Position numbers and translations under genes: made by a program. A stretch of 64,000 nt of DNA from Malacoraja senta. Its lineage: Eukaryota. A model generated the notes under the pieces. It was given only the letters and a program-made list of their open reading frames with translations, was not told where the DNA came from and did no database searches. Of the stretch, positions 12,553-25,063 are shown piece by piece (position 1 is the stretch's first letter; every line of letters starts with the position of its first letter). The DNA lies in the NCBI GenBank assembly GCA_038087875.1, contig CM075990.1, positions 3,288,001 through 3,352,000 of the forward strand, in the 5' to 3' direction.

Positions 12553-13439
12553 ACTGTCACCTGTATCGAGGTACAGACCATAACATGTTTTGGTGCATGC
12601 TATCCAGTCAGCGAAAAGACTACACATGAATTAAAATCAAGACATCCACAGTGTACAGATCCAGGATAAAGGGTGTAACATATAGTGCAAGATAAATTAT
12701 AGTTGTCCGATTCAAGATAGTTCAGTGTCTCCAATGAGGCAGATGGGAAGTGTAGGAAGGAACTGCAGATGCTGGTTTAAACCGAAGATAGACACTAAAA
12801 GCTGGAGTAACTCAACGGGACAGGCAGCATCTCTGGAGAGAAGGAATGGGTGACGTTTCAGGTCAAGACACTTCTTCAGAAGAAGATGAGAGGTCAGGAC
12901 TACCTGGTTGGCGAGAGGACAGTTCAGTTGCCTGATAACAGAAGTGTAGAAACTGACCCTGACTCTGTCACTTGGACTGAAGCCTGCTATGCCTTGCATG
13001 GTGGAGCAGCGGTAGAGTTGCTGCCTCACAGCGCCAGAGACCCGGGTTCGATCGCGACTACAGGTGCTGTCTGTACGGAGTTTGTACGTTATTTCCTACG
13101 ACTGCTTGGGTTTTTTCCTTGAGCTCCAGGTTAGTTTAGTGAAGAGATACCGCACGGAAACAGGCCCTTCGGCCCACCTAGTCCGCACAAACCAGCGATC
13201 CCCGCACACTAACACTATCCTACACACACTAGGAACAATTGACACTTATACCAAGCCAATCACCCTAAAAATCCTCTACGTCTTTGGAATGAAATTTTCA
13301 TCCCACATTCCAAAGACATGTGGGTTTGTAGGTTAATTGGCTTCTGGTGAATTGCCCCGTGTGTAGGATAGAACTAGTGTACTGGTGATTTACTGTCGGC
13401 TTGGACTCGTTGGGCCGAAGGGCCTGATTTCATGCTGTG

Positions 13440-13810
13440 TCTGAAGACTTGCTGGCTGAGGAACTGGGACCTGCCTGAAGGTTGAGTGGACCGTGTGACT
13501 GAAGATGTCGGACGCGAGGAGTGGGCCGGAGGGCGGGTGAACCGGTGTGATGCCTCCAGCGCCTTCAAGGTTGGACATAAGGATGGCCGAGCGAGTAGAG
13601 GAGAGGAGAGGGACATCGGTTAGTGGGCCAATCCAGTTAAAGGTGATGGAGGAAGGCCCTACAGGAGCCTGGGGCTCGCCTGGATCCGGAGCTGCTCCAG
13701 TAGACCGAGCACACGGGCCGATAGGACATTGGAATTGGCGGCAAAACATGGCGGCACCCGCATGTGTAATTATGCAAAAGGATATGACTTATAAAGCGCC
13801 ATTGAATGAT
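13440..13810 (+). repeat. GC-rich repeat, family B fragment
   Basis: 19-nt identity (13668-13686) to 4983-5001 and a similar downstream block. Confidence 0.45.
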
Positions 13811-14162
13811 TGAGGTGAATAAAATCATGAGGAGAATAGATAAGGTGAATGCACTGAGTCTCTTACCCAGAGTAGGAAAATCAAAAGCAAGAGGACGTAC
13901 GTTTAGGTTGAGAAGGGCAACATTTAATATGAGAGTGTGAATGTGAAGATTTAATTCAAACATGAGGGGCAACTTTTTCACTCTGGGGGTGGTGAATGTA
14001 TGGAACGAGCTGCCAGAGAAGGTAGTTGGGGCTGATACTGTAACAGCATTTAAAAGATACTGGGACAGGTGCATGAATAGGAAAGATTCAGTGGGATATG
14101 GGCCAAACGCAGGGAAATGGGTCTAACTTATAGGGCGGCACAGCGGTAGAATTGCTGCATAA

Positions 14163-15588
14163 AACCCCTGTCTCACGGTGCGAGTTGACCCACGAGTGAC
14201 CCCGAGTTTAAAACAAATTTCTCGTGGTAATCACGTACAATTAACGTAGCGGGGACGTCGGAACCCGTGGACGCAACTTAGCGACTCGTGGCGCTAACGG
14301 CAGGTACCCGTGAAACTTGTTAACTCTTGAAAAAATTCAAGCATGTTTAAAGTTTTCCACGAGTCAAATGTACTGTTGAAGTTAAAAATTTAAACTCGTT
14401 GTAAGAACGTAGTGGCCCGTGAGTTTACCGAAGTGACTCATGCATCTACCGTGGGCACTCTTTAACTCAGCGGGCAGGCAACATCTCTGGAGAGAAGGAA
14501 TGGGTGACGGGATGACGTTTCCAAATTTCTGCTGCGTCTTTGTGTTACTCCAGCAGGGAGGAGGGAGGGGAGGGGGGGGGGGGGTTGGGGTGACTTGGTA
14601 CGGGAGACAAGTGTACTGACTGTGTGGGCAGACACTTTGGTAGTGATTGCCCATGGGTTTCAATGTCGAGGACTTCATAATGCAGGGAGCATTATAAACA
14701 GTGGAGCGATTAACCCTGGAAAGGGGGAGAGACTTCTCTCTGAGTTGGACCCAGGAAACTGAAGCAGGAATTTTCTTGAGGTTATTAACGACAGATAAAT
14801 CAATGGATGGGAAGGGTTTGGAGGGCTATGGGCCACATGCAGGCAAATAGGACTACCCCAAGACGCCAACTCACCTCAACTCACGCCTGGGCACCAAAGC
14901 AGCTCAGGAGGCGAACCCTGAGCTCCGTCTCCCAACAATCTGATACGCAACTGACGTGAAAGAACAGCGGCTGTGGCCGGCCGGCACCCGGCATGGACTT
15001 CTCACACCCTCACACACGAAAGGTGTGTGCGAATAAACAAAAACAAGGAATAAAACCAAAGCCCGGCTTGAAAGACAACTAAAAATATATTCCGCTTAGA
15101 ACGAGCGTGGAGACATCCGTCCACATTCAAAGATTTCATCTCCCGTCTCCCCGCAGTGTGTAGACCTGGCAGTAAATTCAATTAAAATATAGCAAACCTC
15201 CGCTCGCTGGTCTTCTAACTACGGGATGCGTGTTTCAAACAAATCATAAGTATAACTGCTCTGGCACTGGACGGTACGCATTTTCCCTTTGTAGGTCACA
15301 TCAATAGATGCGGCCGCGCTGAATTATATCTTTAACTCAAAGCCGCAGGATGGAGATGTCTTCTTTAACACTGTTGCTTATTAAAACAGACCTTCATTCA
15401 CGGTTGGCTCAAGAGTAACTCGGGAGAGGAACTTGGAACATCGCAGAAATGACAAGTAAACGGCAAACTTAGTCATACTCGTGGGAACCCGGTTAAACTC
15501 TTGATCATACACTTGGAATCTCGTACACAACCACGAGACTTTCACTCGGTGTACCTCGTGGGTCAGCTCGCACCGTGAGACAGGGCTT
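14163..15588. mobile_element. Long Harbinger-type non-autonomous element with internal cargo, inserted into a SINE head
   Basis: TIRs CCCTGTCTCACGGTGCGAG.TGACCCACGAG; SINE head 14132-14160 continues at 15589. Confidence 0.8.
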
Positions 15589-16094
15589 TTACAGCGCTTG
15601 CAACGCCAGAGACCCAGGTTCGATCCCAACTCCGGGTGCTGTCTGTATGGAGTTTGTACGTTCTCCCCGTGACCACGTGGGTTTTATCCGAGATCTTCGG
15701 TTTCCTCCCACACTCCAAAGATGTACAGGTTTGTAGGTTAATTGGCTTGGTGTAAATGTAAAATTGTCCCTAGTGTGTGTAGGATAGTGTTAATGTGTAG
15801 GGATCGCATGGGCCTGTATCCACGCTGTATCTCAAAACTGAACTAAACTTAGAAGGGGCATTTTGCTCGGCATGGATAAGTTGGGCTGAAGGGCCTGTTC
15901 CCGTGCTGTATGACTCTATGACCATGATTCTAAATCAGAGCCGTTGCAATATACAGCATTGGCTGGAGAGACTTGAGGGTCTTTGGATGGGAGTGTGAGT
16001 GTTAGTGGGTCTTGCAACCCTCACTGGATGGTTACACGAGTCACAAGGCTGGCTACCAAGGGCAGCTGAGAAGCTTGAGTTTCAATATAAGACC

Positions 16095-16384
16095 TTCCAC
16101 TACTTGCAACCTCCGGCAACCACCTGCAACCTCCGGCAACCACCTTCAACTTGTATCGCAACCGGCTTCGACTAAAAAATTACCGATTTTTAAAACGGCA
16201 ACCTATTTTTAGTCGCGGCCGGTTTTGAATTTTTTGAATTAATCACCAGAACCTAGAAGAACCGGAAACCACTTTCGACCATTATGGAGACTGACGAAAA
16301 CCTCCGGGAACCGCACGGAAACGTTGGGTGGGGCGCAAAGTCTCCAGAGGTTTCCGTTCAGGTTTCCTAAGTGGGACAGGGGCA
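16095..16384. mobile_element. Harbinger-type MITE, right half only
   Basis: Ends AAGTGGGACAGGGGCA+TAA; GCAACC subrepeats; no left TIR seen. Confidence 0.65.
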
Positions 16385-17177
16385 TAACTCTACTCAATAA
16401 CCAAAAGTCTGTAGCCACCTTTTGCTCTGGGATTTTATTTCATTCACATGTTTAAACTATAATGTTTTATTCTTGATGTTTTAATGTTTTATGTTTTATT
16501 CTTAATTGTATGTCGTGTTGATACTTGCGAGCGGAGCACCAAGGCAAATTCCTTGTATGTGTACATATTTGGCCAATAAACCTATTTATTATTCATTATT
16601 ATTCATTATTTATTATTATTATATTTTGTAACTTTGTCGGATCTTTGCCGATTTTGTGTATGATACGCAAGACAAAGAATTTCACTGTGACATGTCACAT
16701 GCGATAATAAAGTATCGTTCATTCATCCATTCACTCTTGTGGGTGGAAAATGGAGCACATACGGTCACGGGGAGAACGTGCAAACTCCTCCCAGCAGTCA
16801 AAAGTCTTTGCCTTGAATACAATACACAAAGTATGTAAAGGGTCACTACGTAAAGGACACCGAAAGTATTAATTATAGCTCCGACGTCCCTCTTTGCTCT
16901 CGGCAGCCCCAAATGTCAGGTACATCTTTATTTTCAGTGGCCCATCCTCAGCTGACCGCCAGGACTCACGCTGACCGGGTCCTCACTGGGACGGCTCCGC
17001 GGGGCATTCCTACTGCGCCGCGATGTCAAAGATACTTCACTTTGGGGATACAGCGATGAAACAGGCCCTTCAGCCCACCGAGCGCACGCTGACCAACGAT
17101 CACCCCGTACACTAGCATTATCCTACACACTAGGGAGATTTTACAAATTTACGAAAACCAATTAACCTGCAAAGCTG

Positions 17178-18335
17178 AGGTAGACACAAAATGCTGGAGT
17201 AACTCGGCGGGTGAGGCAGCATCTCTGGAGAGAAGGAATGGGCGACGTTTCGGGTCGAGACCCTTCTTCAGACTGATATCAGGGGATACACAGATAAAGA
17301 AGTGTATAGATAAGGAGGTATAAGGTCTGTAAACAGGACCAAGGGAATGGAGATCGAGGAAAATGTAGAATAGATCATTGTTAGTTGGGACAAGTAACAA
17401 CAAAGCAAGCAGAGACAGCAAGACTGGTGGGTGAACTGGGAAGGGGAAGCGAGGGCTATTTGAAGTTAGAGAAGTCTATGTTCATACTGCTGGGGTGTAA
17501 ACTACCCAAGCAAAATATGAGGTGCTGTTCCTCCAATTTGCGCTGGGCCTCACTCTGACAATGGAGGAGGCCCAGGACAGAAAGATCAAATTGGGAATGG
17601 GAGGGGGAATTAAAGTGCTAAGCCACCGGGAAATCAGGTAGGTTAAGACGGACTGTGCGAAGGTGTTCAGCGAAACAATCGCCGAGCCTGCGTTTGGTCT
17701 CTCCGATGTAGGGAAGTTGACACCTTGAACAGCGGATACAGTAGATGAGGTTGGAGGAGGTGCAAGTGAACCTCTGCCTCACCTGGTAGGACTGTTTGGG
17801 TCCTTGGGTGGAGTCGAGGGGGGGAGGTAAAGGGACAGGTGTTACAGCTCCTGCAATTGCAGGGGAAAGTACCCGGGGAGGGGGTGGTTTGGGTGGGAAG
17901 GGACGAGTTGACCAGGGATTTTCGGAGGGAACGGTCTCTGCAGAAAGCAGAAAGGGGTGGAGATGGGAAGATGTGGCCAGAAGTGGGATCCATTTGGAGG
18001 TGGCCAAAGTATTGGAGGATTATATGGGGTGGAAGGTGAGGACAAGGGGGACACTGTCCTTGTTATGAATCGGGGGAGGGGGTGTAAGAGCAGAGCCGCG
18101 GGATATCGAGGATACTCTAGTGAGAGCTTCATCTAGAATAGAAGAGGGGGACCCCCGTTTCCTAAAGAATGAGGATATCTCCGATGCCTTGGTGTGGAAC
18201 ACTTCATCCTGGGCGCTGATGCGGCGTAGACGGAGTAGGGGATAGAGTCTTTACAGGAAGCAGGGTGGGAAGAAGTGTAGTCAAGATAGCCATGGGAGTC
18301 AGTAGGTTTGTAGTAGATGTCGGTCAATAGTCTGT
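17178..18335 (-). mobile_element. Penelope-like retroelement 3' part (RT thumb + GIY-YIG endonuclease + pseudo-LTR), degenerate
   Basis: TDIYYKPTDSHGYLDYTSSHP (RT C-term); FTCTSSNLIYCIRCSRCQLPYIGETKRRLGDCFAEH (GIY-YIG); frameshifted. Confidence 0.9.
17244..17271 (-). ncRNA. Minimal hammerhead ribozyme motif in Penelope pseudo-LTR
   Basis: CUGAAGA-A-GGGU(CUCG)ACCC-GAAA-CGUC, matching the minimal hammerheads known from Penelope-like elements; activity untested. Confidence 0.6.
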
Positions 18336-19271
18336 TTCTTTCTTACACATGCTACAAACCTGTGCGTCTTTGGAGTGTGGGAGGAAACTGGAGCACCCGG
18401 AGAAAACCCACACAGTCACATTTCATTTGTTTTTGAGATGCAGAGAGGAAACAGGCCCTTCGGCCCACTGAGTCCACGCTGACCAGTGATCACTCAAACA
18501 CTAGTTCTACCCTACACACTAGGGACGATTTACAGAAGCCAATTAACCCAAAAAAAACGCACGTCTTTGGAACGTGGGAGAAAACCGGAGAAAACGCCCG
18601 CAGTCACGGGGGGCAAGTTCAAACTCTGTACAGACAGCACCCAAGGTCAGGATCGAACCTGGGTCTCTGGTGCTGTAAGGCAGCAACTCTACCGCTGCAA
18701 CACTGGGCCACCAACTTATCAGGGATAAAGAAAATGACTCAGATCAAAGTGGGAGCAAAATAACCAAATGCCACTGGAATAATGTGAACCAATGCTATTT
18801 TATATTCATGGTTTATAACCTTTTTCTGACCCCAATATTCAAATGCAAATCACCTTATTATGCTCCCGTTGCTCTATACATGAGTCAATATTCACCAAAC
18901 ATAAAATGGACCAACATAGTTTCATTATCTTAATGATATCAGATTAGGATCCAACATCTTTAAATAAAAATATGTTCCGGCTGATTGTGAAGATAGAGTA
19001 ATATTCTGTCATAATCTTGTGATGTCTACAACAGGCAGTGTTTAGCAAAAGGCAGGACGGTTATTTTAGTTTGTTTTTTTTAAGTTTAGTTTATTGTAAC
19101 ATGTACCGAGTTAGAGTGAAAAGCTTATTTGTTGCGTGCTATCCAGTCAGCGAAGTGGGCTATACATGATTGCAGTCGAACCATCCATAATGCATAGTGC
19201 AATATAAAGTCCAGTGAAATCCGATTAGAGATAGTCCGAAGGTCTTTCGATTCGCAGAATCAACAGATTTA

Positions 19272-20049
19272 AGGGCCTGTCCCACTTGGGCGACCTAATC
19301 GGCGAGTTCAAAAGAGTTGTCTTCGACCTTCCAGCTCGAGGGCACTCGCCTGGAAAGCCTCGGGCAGGATCGGCCGTCTGCGTTGAAACCGCGAGCTGCA
19401 TCGACTGACGGACCGACCGACCGCACACACACAAACACATCGCAACGGCGGGGTCAGGAAAGCCGAGGAGCTCTGTCTGCGCGATGAAGATGAAGGTAAA
19501 ATGGCTGCACAGTAACGGTAAGTCCTTTAGAGAGTGCGGAGTAGGGGGGGAGAGAGAAGGGGACAGAAGGGGGGGAAAAGGAGAGAGAAGGGGAGAAAAG
19601 AGGGGGAGAATGGGGGGAGAGGGGGGGAGAAGGAGTGGAGACACGTTTAAGAAGTATACTTAAGTTTAGCAGGCATTTTATCTACCGGTTGGTCTTCCTT
19701 GGTCCTGAAAACTCCAATGAGCAAATCAAAATGCCCGGTTAGCGAAGGAGATTGCCAACGGCTGCCCTCGACTACCTGTAACTAAATAGCGACCCCACTC
19801 CACTGCACTACGAGTTAAAAAGAACCATGCCGACCAAATTTTACTCGGGAACATTTTTCAACATGCTGAAAAAATGTTCCGGGACCTAGCTGAGGCCGCA
19901 AGTATTCGGGAACTTCCCTCGAGCATGAAGGAGAGTTCCAGCTACCTCATAGGACCTCCTAGGACCTCGTGTCGACCATGCTGTGAGTTTGAGTCGAGGG
20001 CAAACTCGTCTAAACTGGCAGATTAGGTCGCCGAAGTGGGACAGGCCCT
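19272..20049. mobile_element. Harbinger-type MITE (family 3) with purine-rich tract
   Basis: TIRs AGGGCCTGTCCCACTT.GGCGACCTAATC; sibling at 25839-26947. Confidence 0.85.
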
Positions 20050-20440
20050 TAAGACTTTAGACTTCGGAGATACAGCGCGGAAACAGGCCCACCGACCCAC
20101 GGGGTCCTTGCTAACTAGTGATCACCCCATACACTAGGGATCATTTACAATATACAAAAGCCAATTAACCTACAAACCGGAGAAAACCCACGCAGGTCAG
20201 GAGGAGAAGGTGCAAACTCCGTACAGGCAGCACCCGTAGTCAGGATCGAACCCGGGTCTCTGGCGCTGTGAGGCAGCAACTCTGCCGCTGTGGCACCGTG
20301 CTGCCCTACTTGAGTTTAGTTCAGTTTATTGTCACGTGTACCGAGGTACAGTGAAAAGCTAGCTATTTTGTTGCGTGTTATCCAGTCAGCGGAAAGACAA
20401 TACAAGATTACAATCGTGCCGTCCACAGTGTACAGATACA

Positions 20441-20930
20441 GCAACATCACTCCGGCCAGACATGATCAGCACCTCCGAAGTGACAAAACAGCTGATCATT
20501 CTGGAGCTGACAGTGCCCTGGGAAGAGCGCATTGAAGAGGCTAGCAAGCGGAAACGCGCAAAGTACCAGGAACTGGTGGAGATGTGCCAGGACAGAGGCT
20601 GGAAGACATACTATGAGCCCAGAGAAGTGGGTTGCAGAAGCTTTGCAGGACGCTCACTCTGCAAAGTCCTCAACCAGTTGGGCATTACGGGGCTGGCAAA
20701 GAAGAGGGCCATTCAATCCGCAGGCGAAGCCACAGAGAAAGCCACTAGGTGGCTTTGGATTAAGAGGGCTGATCCGTGGGCGGTTGCTGCTGGGATGCAA
20801 GTCGGGGCTTGATCAACCCCGGTTGGGTCGCCTGGGCGAGGGTGTCTGATGTTGTGAGACCGAAACACCCGATGACCCCAGGTCACACCACTGAGGATGC
20901 GTCCCAGCGCATCTAGAAGATGTATCTCTC
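20441..20930 (+). mobile_element. HERO-like (R2-group) non-LTR retrotransposon 3' fragment with restriction-like endonuclease
   Basis: TSLRPDM..LIILELTVPWEERIEEA..RKRAKYQEL..PREVGCRSF..RWLWIKR (PD-(D/E) RLE domain), stop at 20812, structured 3' UTR. Confidence 0.85.
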
Positions 20931-21439
20931 ACACTACACTGTAAATGGCTCGATTGTAATCATGTATTGTCTTTCCGCTGACTGGTTAGCACGCAACACA
21001 AGCTTTTCACTGTACCTCGACACACGTGACAATAAACTAAAGTGAACTAAACAAAACTAAACTAAAGATCCGAGAGGAGATGAGGAAGAGCATAGTTAAA
21101 GCACAAAATGCGGCTGTTGGAGTAGAGGTTTAAGAGAGTGGAGCGGTTGTAATGAGTGATTGCAGATCCACTTCTGAGAGTCGCCAGGCCTGGGCACCAT
21201 GTTACTACAGGGCACGTTGTTTAATAAGGAAGCAGATGGGATCAATGTGTGCGGAGCCAGCCCATGCCAGTGGCTGGCATCAGGGTGACTTGTGCAGGAG
21301 GAGAGTAGGAAGCAGCCTGCAATCCCCTCTCTCCTCACCCCATGCTGGACATTGCTGAAAGCTCGTGGACGCTTGTAGCCCTTAGCCGAGACTCGCTGCA
21401 AGGCACCATATGGCCAAATAGCCTGCCAGCTCACCATGT

Positions 21440-21753
21440 TTTGTTCAGTTTAGCTCAGTGAAACAGCGCGGAAACAGGGTCTTAAGACCCACCGTGAGCG
21501 CCCAGACCAGTGATCCCCACACACTAACACTGCCCTACACACACTGGTGACAATTCTACATTCATAAATTTATACCAAGCCACTTAACCTACACACCCGC
21601 ACGTCTTTGGAGTGTGGAAGGAAACCGAAGATCTCGGAGAAAACCCACGCAGGTCACGGGGAGAACGTACAAACTCCATACAGACAGCACCCATAGTCGG
21701 GATTGAACCTGGGTCTCTGGCGCTGTGAGGCAGCAACTCTACCGCTGCGCCAC
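21440..21753 (-). mobile_element. HE1-like V-SINE
   Basis: Reverse-complement SINE consensus. Confidence 0.9.
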
Positions 21754-21779
21754 CTGTGTGGTTTATGAATGAACGGTGA

Positions 21780-22190
21780 CTTAGCTTAGTTTCAGTTTAG
21801 TTTATTTATTGTCGTTACATGTACCGAGGTACAGTGGAAGGCATTTTGTTGCAAGCTATCCAGTCAAAGAATAACGACCCTTGATTACAATCACGCCATC
21901 CACAGTACACAGATAAAGGATAAAGGGTATAGTGTTTGGTGCAAGGTACAGTCCGATTAAAGATAGTTCACAAGTCTCCAATGAGGAAGATGGGAGCTCA
22001 GGACTGAATTCCAGCTGATGAGAGGATGGTTCAGTTGCCTGATAACAGCTGGGAAGAAACTGTCCCTGAATCTGGAGGTGTGCGTCTTCACACTTCTGTA
22101 CCTCTTGCCTGATGGGAGAGGGGAGAAGAGGGAGTGGCCGGGGTTAGACTGGTCCGTGATTATGCTGCTGGCCTTGCTGAGGCAGCGTTA
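21780..22190 (-). mobile_element. Rex1/Babar-type LINE 3' fragment
   Basis: Reverse complement of the same family as 8685-9205. Confidence 0.85.
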
Positions 22191-22254
22191 ATTAGGCTTG
22201 GGCAAATTGCTGGTGAGTAAGAAGTACTTCGGAAACTAACCAGCGCAAGACAAA

Positions 22255-22491
22255 AGGGCCTGTCCCACTTGGCAATTTTTTCGGCGACCTCCGGCGTCAT
22301 ATCAGGGTCGCCAAAAGATTTTGAAGCATTTCAAAATCCAGCGGCGACAAAAAAAATGTTGCGACACTTCAGGAGACACCGTGCGTCAATACGTCATCAC
22401 GCCGCATCACGCCGCGACCTTTACGGTGACCTGATACGTCAGTCAATGATGCCGGCAGTCGCCGAAAAAATCGGCAGGTGGGACAGGCCCT
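22255..22491. mobile_element. Short Harbinger-type MITE
   Basis: TIRs AGGGCCTGTCCCAC...TTTTTTCGGCGAC with an extended imperfect palindrome. Confidence 0.85.
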
Positions 22492-23171
22492 TAAGTGCAT
22501 TTACCCTGTGCTCTCAAAGGTATTTTACACATCAACAATTGTGCTCTATTTACACCTCTTTGAGTGAGGAAGTTCAAGACTCATGTTTAATTAAAATATG
22601 TACTGACAATGGAACAATGAAATTCATACTTGCAGCAAAGTAATAGGCCTGTAACACAATACACACAGATAATATATAATAAACAAAGGATTGAAATTAT
22701 TATTAACCCTAAAACCCGTGCAGAGAAAATGTCCAATGTCGCTAATGCAACTGAAGAAAGTCCATAATTCATAGGTTAGTGCCGTGTAGTGTTCAAGTGC
22801 CTGGTTGTAGATATACTCTAGTAGAGCCATACTGCACAGAAACAGGCCCTTCGGCCCAATTTATCCATGCTGACCAAGATAGACACAGAAAGTTGGAGCA
22901 ACTCAGCGGGTCGGGCATCATCTGACTGGTCGCCTGTTCCGCTGAGTTACTCCAGCTTTTGGTGTCTATCTTCGGTGTAAACCAGCATCTTTGTCTGAAG
23001 AAGGGTCTCGACCCGAAAACGTCACCCATTGCTTCTCTCCAGAGATGCTGCCTGTCCCGCTGAGTGACTCCAGCATTTTGTGTCCATCTGCAGTTCCTTG
23101 CTACACATGGTGACCAATGTGCCTCAACTAACCTGGCCCCATTGACCATGTCCCAAGCACTTGTCCAAGCG

Positions 23172-23612
23172 AATGATGAGCGTTTGACTGCACTGGGCCT
23201 CAACTCGCTGGAGTTTAGAAGGTTGAGAGGGGGCCTCGTTGAAACGTACAGAATGATGAAAGGCATAGATAGAGTGGATGTGGAGAGGATGTTTCCACTG
23301 GTGGGAGAGTCTAGGACCAGAGGTCACAGCCTCAGAATTAAAGGGCGCTCTTTTAGAAAGGAGGTGAGGAGAAACTTCTTTAGTCAGTGGGTAGTTAATC
23401 TGTGGAACTGATTGCCACGGAGGGCTGTGGAGGCCAAGTCAGTGGATATTTTTAAGGCAGAGATAGACAAATTCATGATTAGAAAAGATGTCAAGGGTTT
23501 TTGGTGGAAGGCAGGAAAATGGGATTAGGAAGCAGAGATCAGCCATGATTGAATGGCAGAGTAGACATGATGGGCCGAATGGCCTAATTCTACTCCTATA
23601 ACTTGTGAACTT
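23172..23612 (+). mobile_element. CR1 LINE 3' fragment
   Basis: ERLTALGLNSLEFRRLRG..VGESRTRGHSLRIKG..NFFSQWVVNLWN. Confidence 0.9.
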
Positions 23613-24032
23613 GTCTTTTCTAAATGTTGTTGTAGTATCTGACTCAAATTCCCCTCTGGCAGCTCGTTCCATAAACCCACCACCCTGTTGTTGAGTGAAA
23701 AGTGGTTGGGAAGAAGCTATTCTTGAACCTGGTGGTCATGGTCTTCAGACTCTTATACCTTCTTCCTGATGGCAGGTGTGAAGTGAGAGCATGGTCAGGG
23801 TGGTGAGGGTCTCCGATGACGATGGCTGTCTCTCTGAGGCGACGCCTCCTACAGATCCCTTCGACAGTAGGGGAGGTCGGTACCGTGATTGTCCATTTTC
23901 CAAAGAGGTTTTCTCTGGGGAAGCGGAAAGCAAAGAGCTGGAAAGGCTCAAGGAAGAGGTGGCTGTGGGAGTTGGGCATTAGAACATCCTGTCACCGATA
24001 TGGTGTTGGAGGGAGTGAGAAATGCATCATCA

Positions 24033-24720
24033 GGGTGGCACGGTGGCGCAGCGGTAGAGTTGCTGCCTGACAGCACCAGAGACCCGGGTTCGATCCTGAC
24101 TACGGGTTTGTACGTTCTCCCTGTGACCTCGTGGGTTTTCTCCGGGTGCTCCGGTTTCCTCCCACACTCCAAAGATGTGCAGGTTTGCAGGTTAAATGGC
24201 TTTGGTAAAATTGTAAACTGTCATTAGCGTGTGTAGGATAGTGCTAGTGTACGGGGTGATCGCTGGTCGGCGCGGACCCGGTGGGCCGAAGGGTCTGTTT
24301 CCACGCTGTATCTCTAAAGTCTAAAAGGCCCGTCTGGGGAATATGAAGTGTGGGACTGGGATGGCCGGAACTCCTGGTGGGCGAAGAGACTGAGGTAAAT
24401 TTTAACTTTCCACACAAGCGGCTTGGTGGCGCAGCGGTAGAGCGCCAGAGAACCAGGTTCGATCCCGACCACGGGTGCTGTCTGTACGGAGTTTGCACGC
24501 TCTCCCCGTGACCAGCATGGGTTTTTTCCTAGATCTTCTGTTTCCTCGCATTTAACCTCCAAAGATGTACAGGTTTGGAGGTTAATTGGCTTGGTGTAAA
24601 TATTAAATTGTGCCTAGTGTGTGTAGCACAGTGCTCGTGGGGTGGGGTGATCGCTGGGGTGCAGACTCGGTGGGCCGAAGGGCCTGTTTCCGCACTGTAG
24701 CTCTATACTCTAAAGTCTAG
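24033..24720 (+). mobile_element. Two HE1-like V-SINEs (24033-24323, 24425-24720)
   Basis: tRNA heads, V-domains, tails. Confidence 0.85.
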
Positions 24721-25063
24721 GAAATAAGAAGCATAGAAATATAGACAATAGGTGCAGGAATCAGCCATTCGACCCTTCGAGCCAGCATGGCTGATCATCC
24801 TAAATCAGTACCCAGTTCCTGCTTTTTCTCCATATCCCTTGATTCCGTTAGCCCTAAGAGCTATATATCTATCTCTCTCTTGAATACATCCAGTGAATAG
24901 AAGTGAGGGACTTGGATGGCTGGAACTGGAGGGCAAAGAGACTGAGGTAAATGTTAACTTTCTACACCAGTGCAAATGGGTTGATAGTGACTCCTTTATC
25001 ATGTATCCCAAACGTTATTGCCTTATCATGTATCTGTACACTGTAAATGTCTCAATTGTAATA

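Noticed and set aside
20840..20915. Hammerhead ribozyme in the HERO 3' UTR (CTGATG..GAAAC)
   Set aside because: The CUGANGA core is broken (CTGATGT) and there is no room for stems I and II in a valid topology; kept only as a structured UTR.
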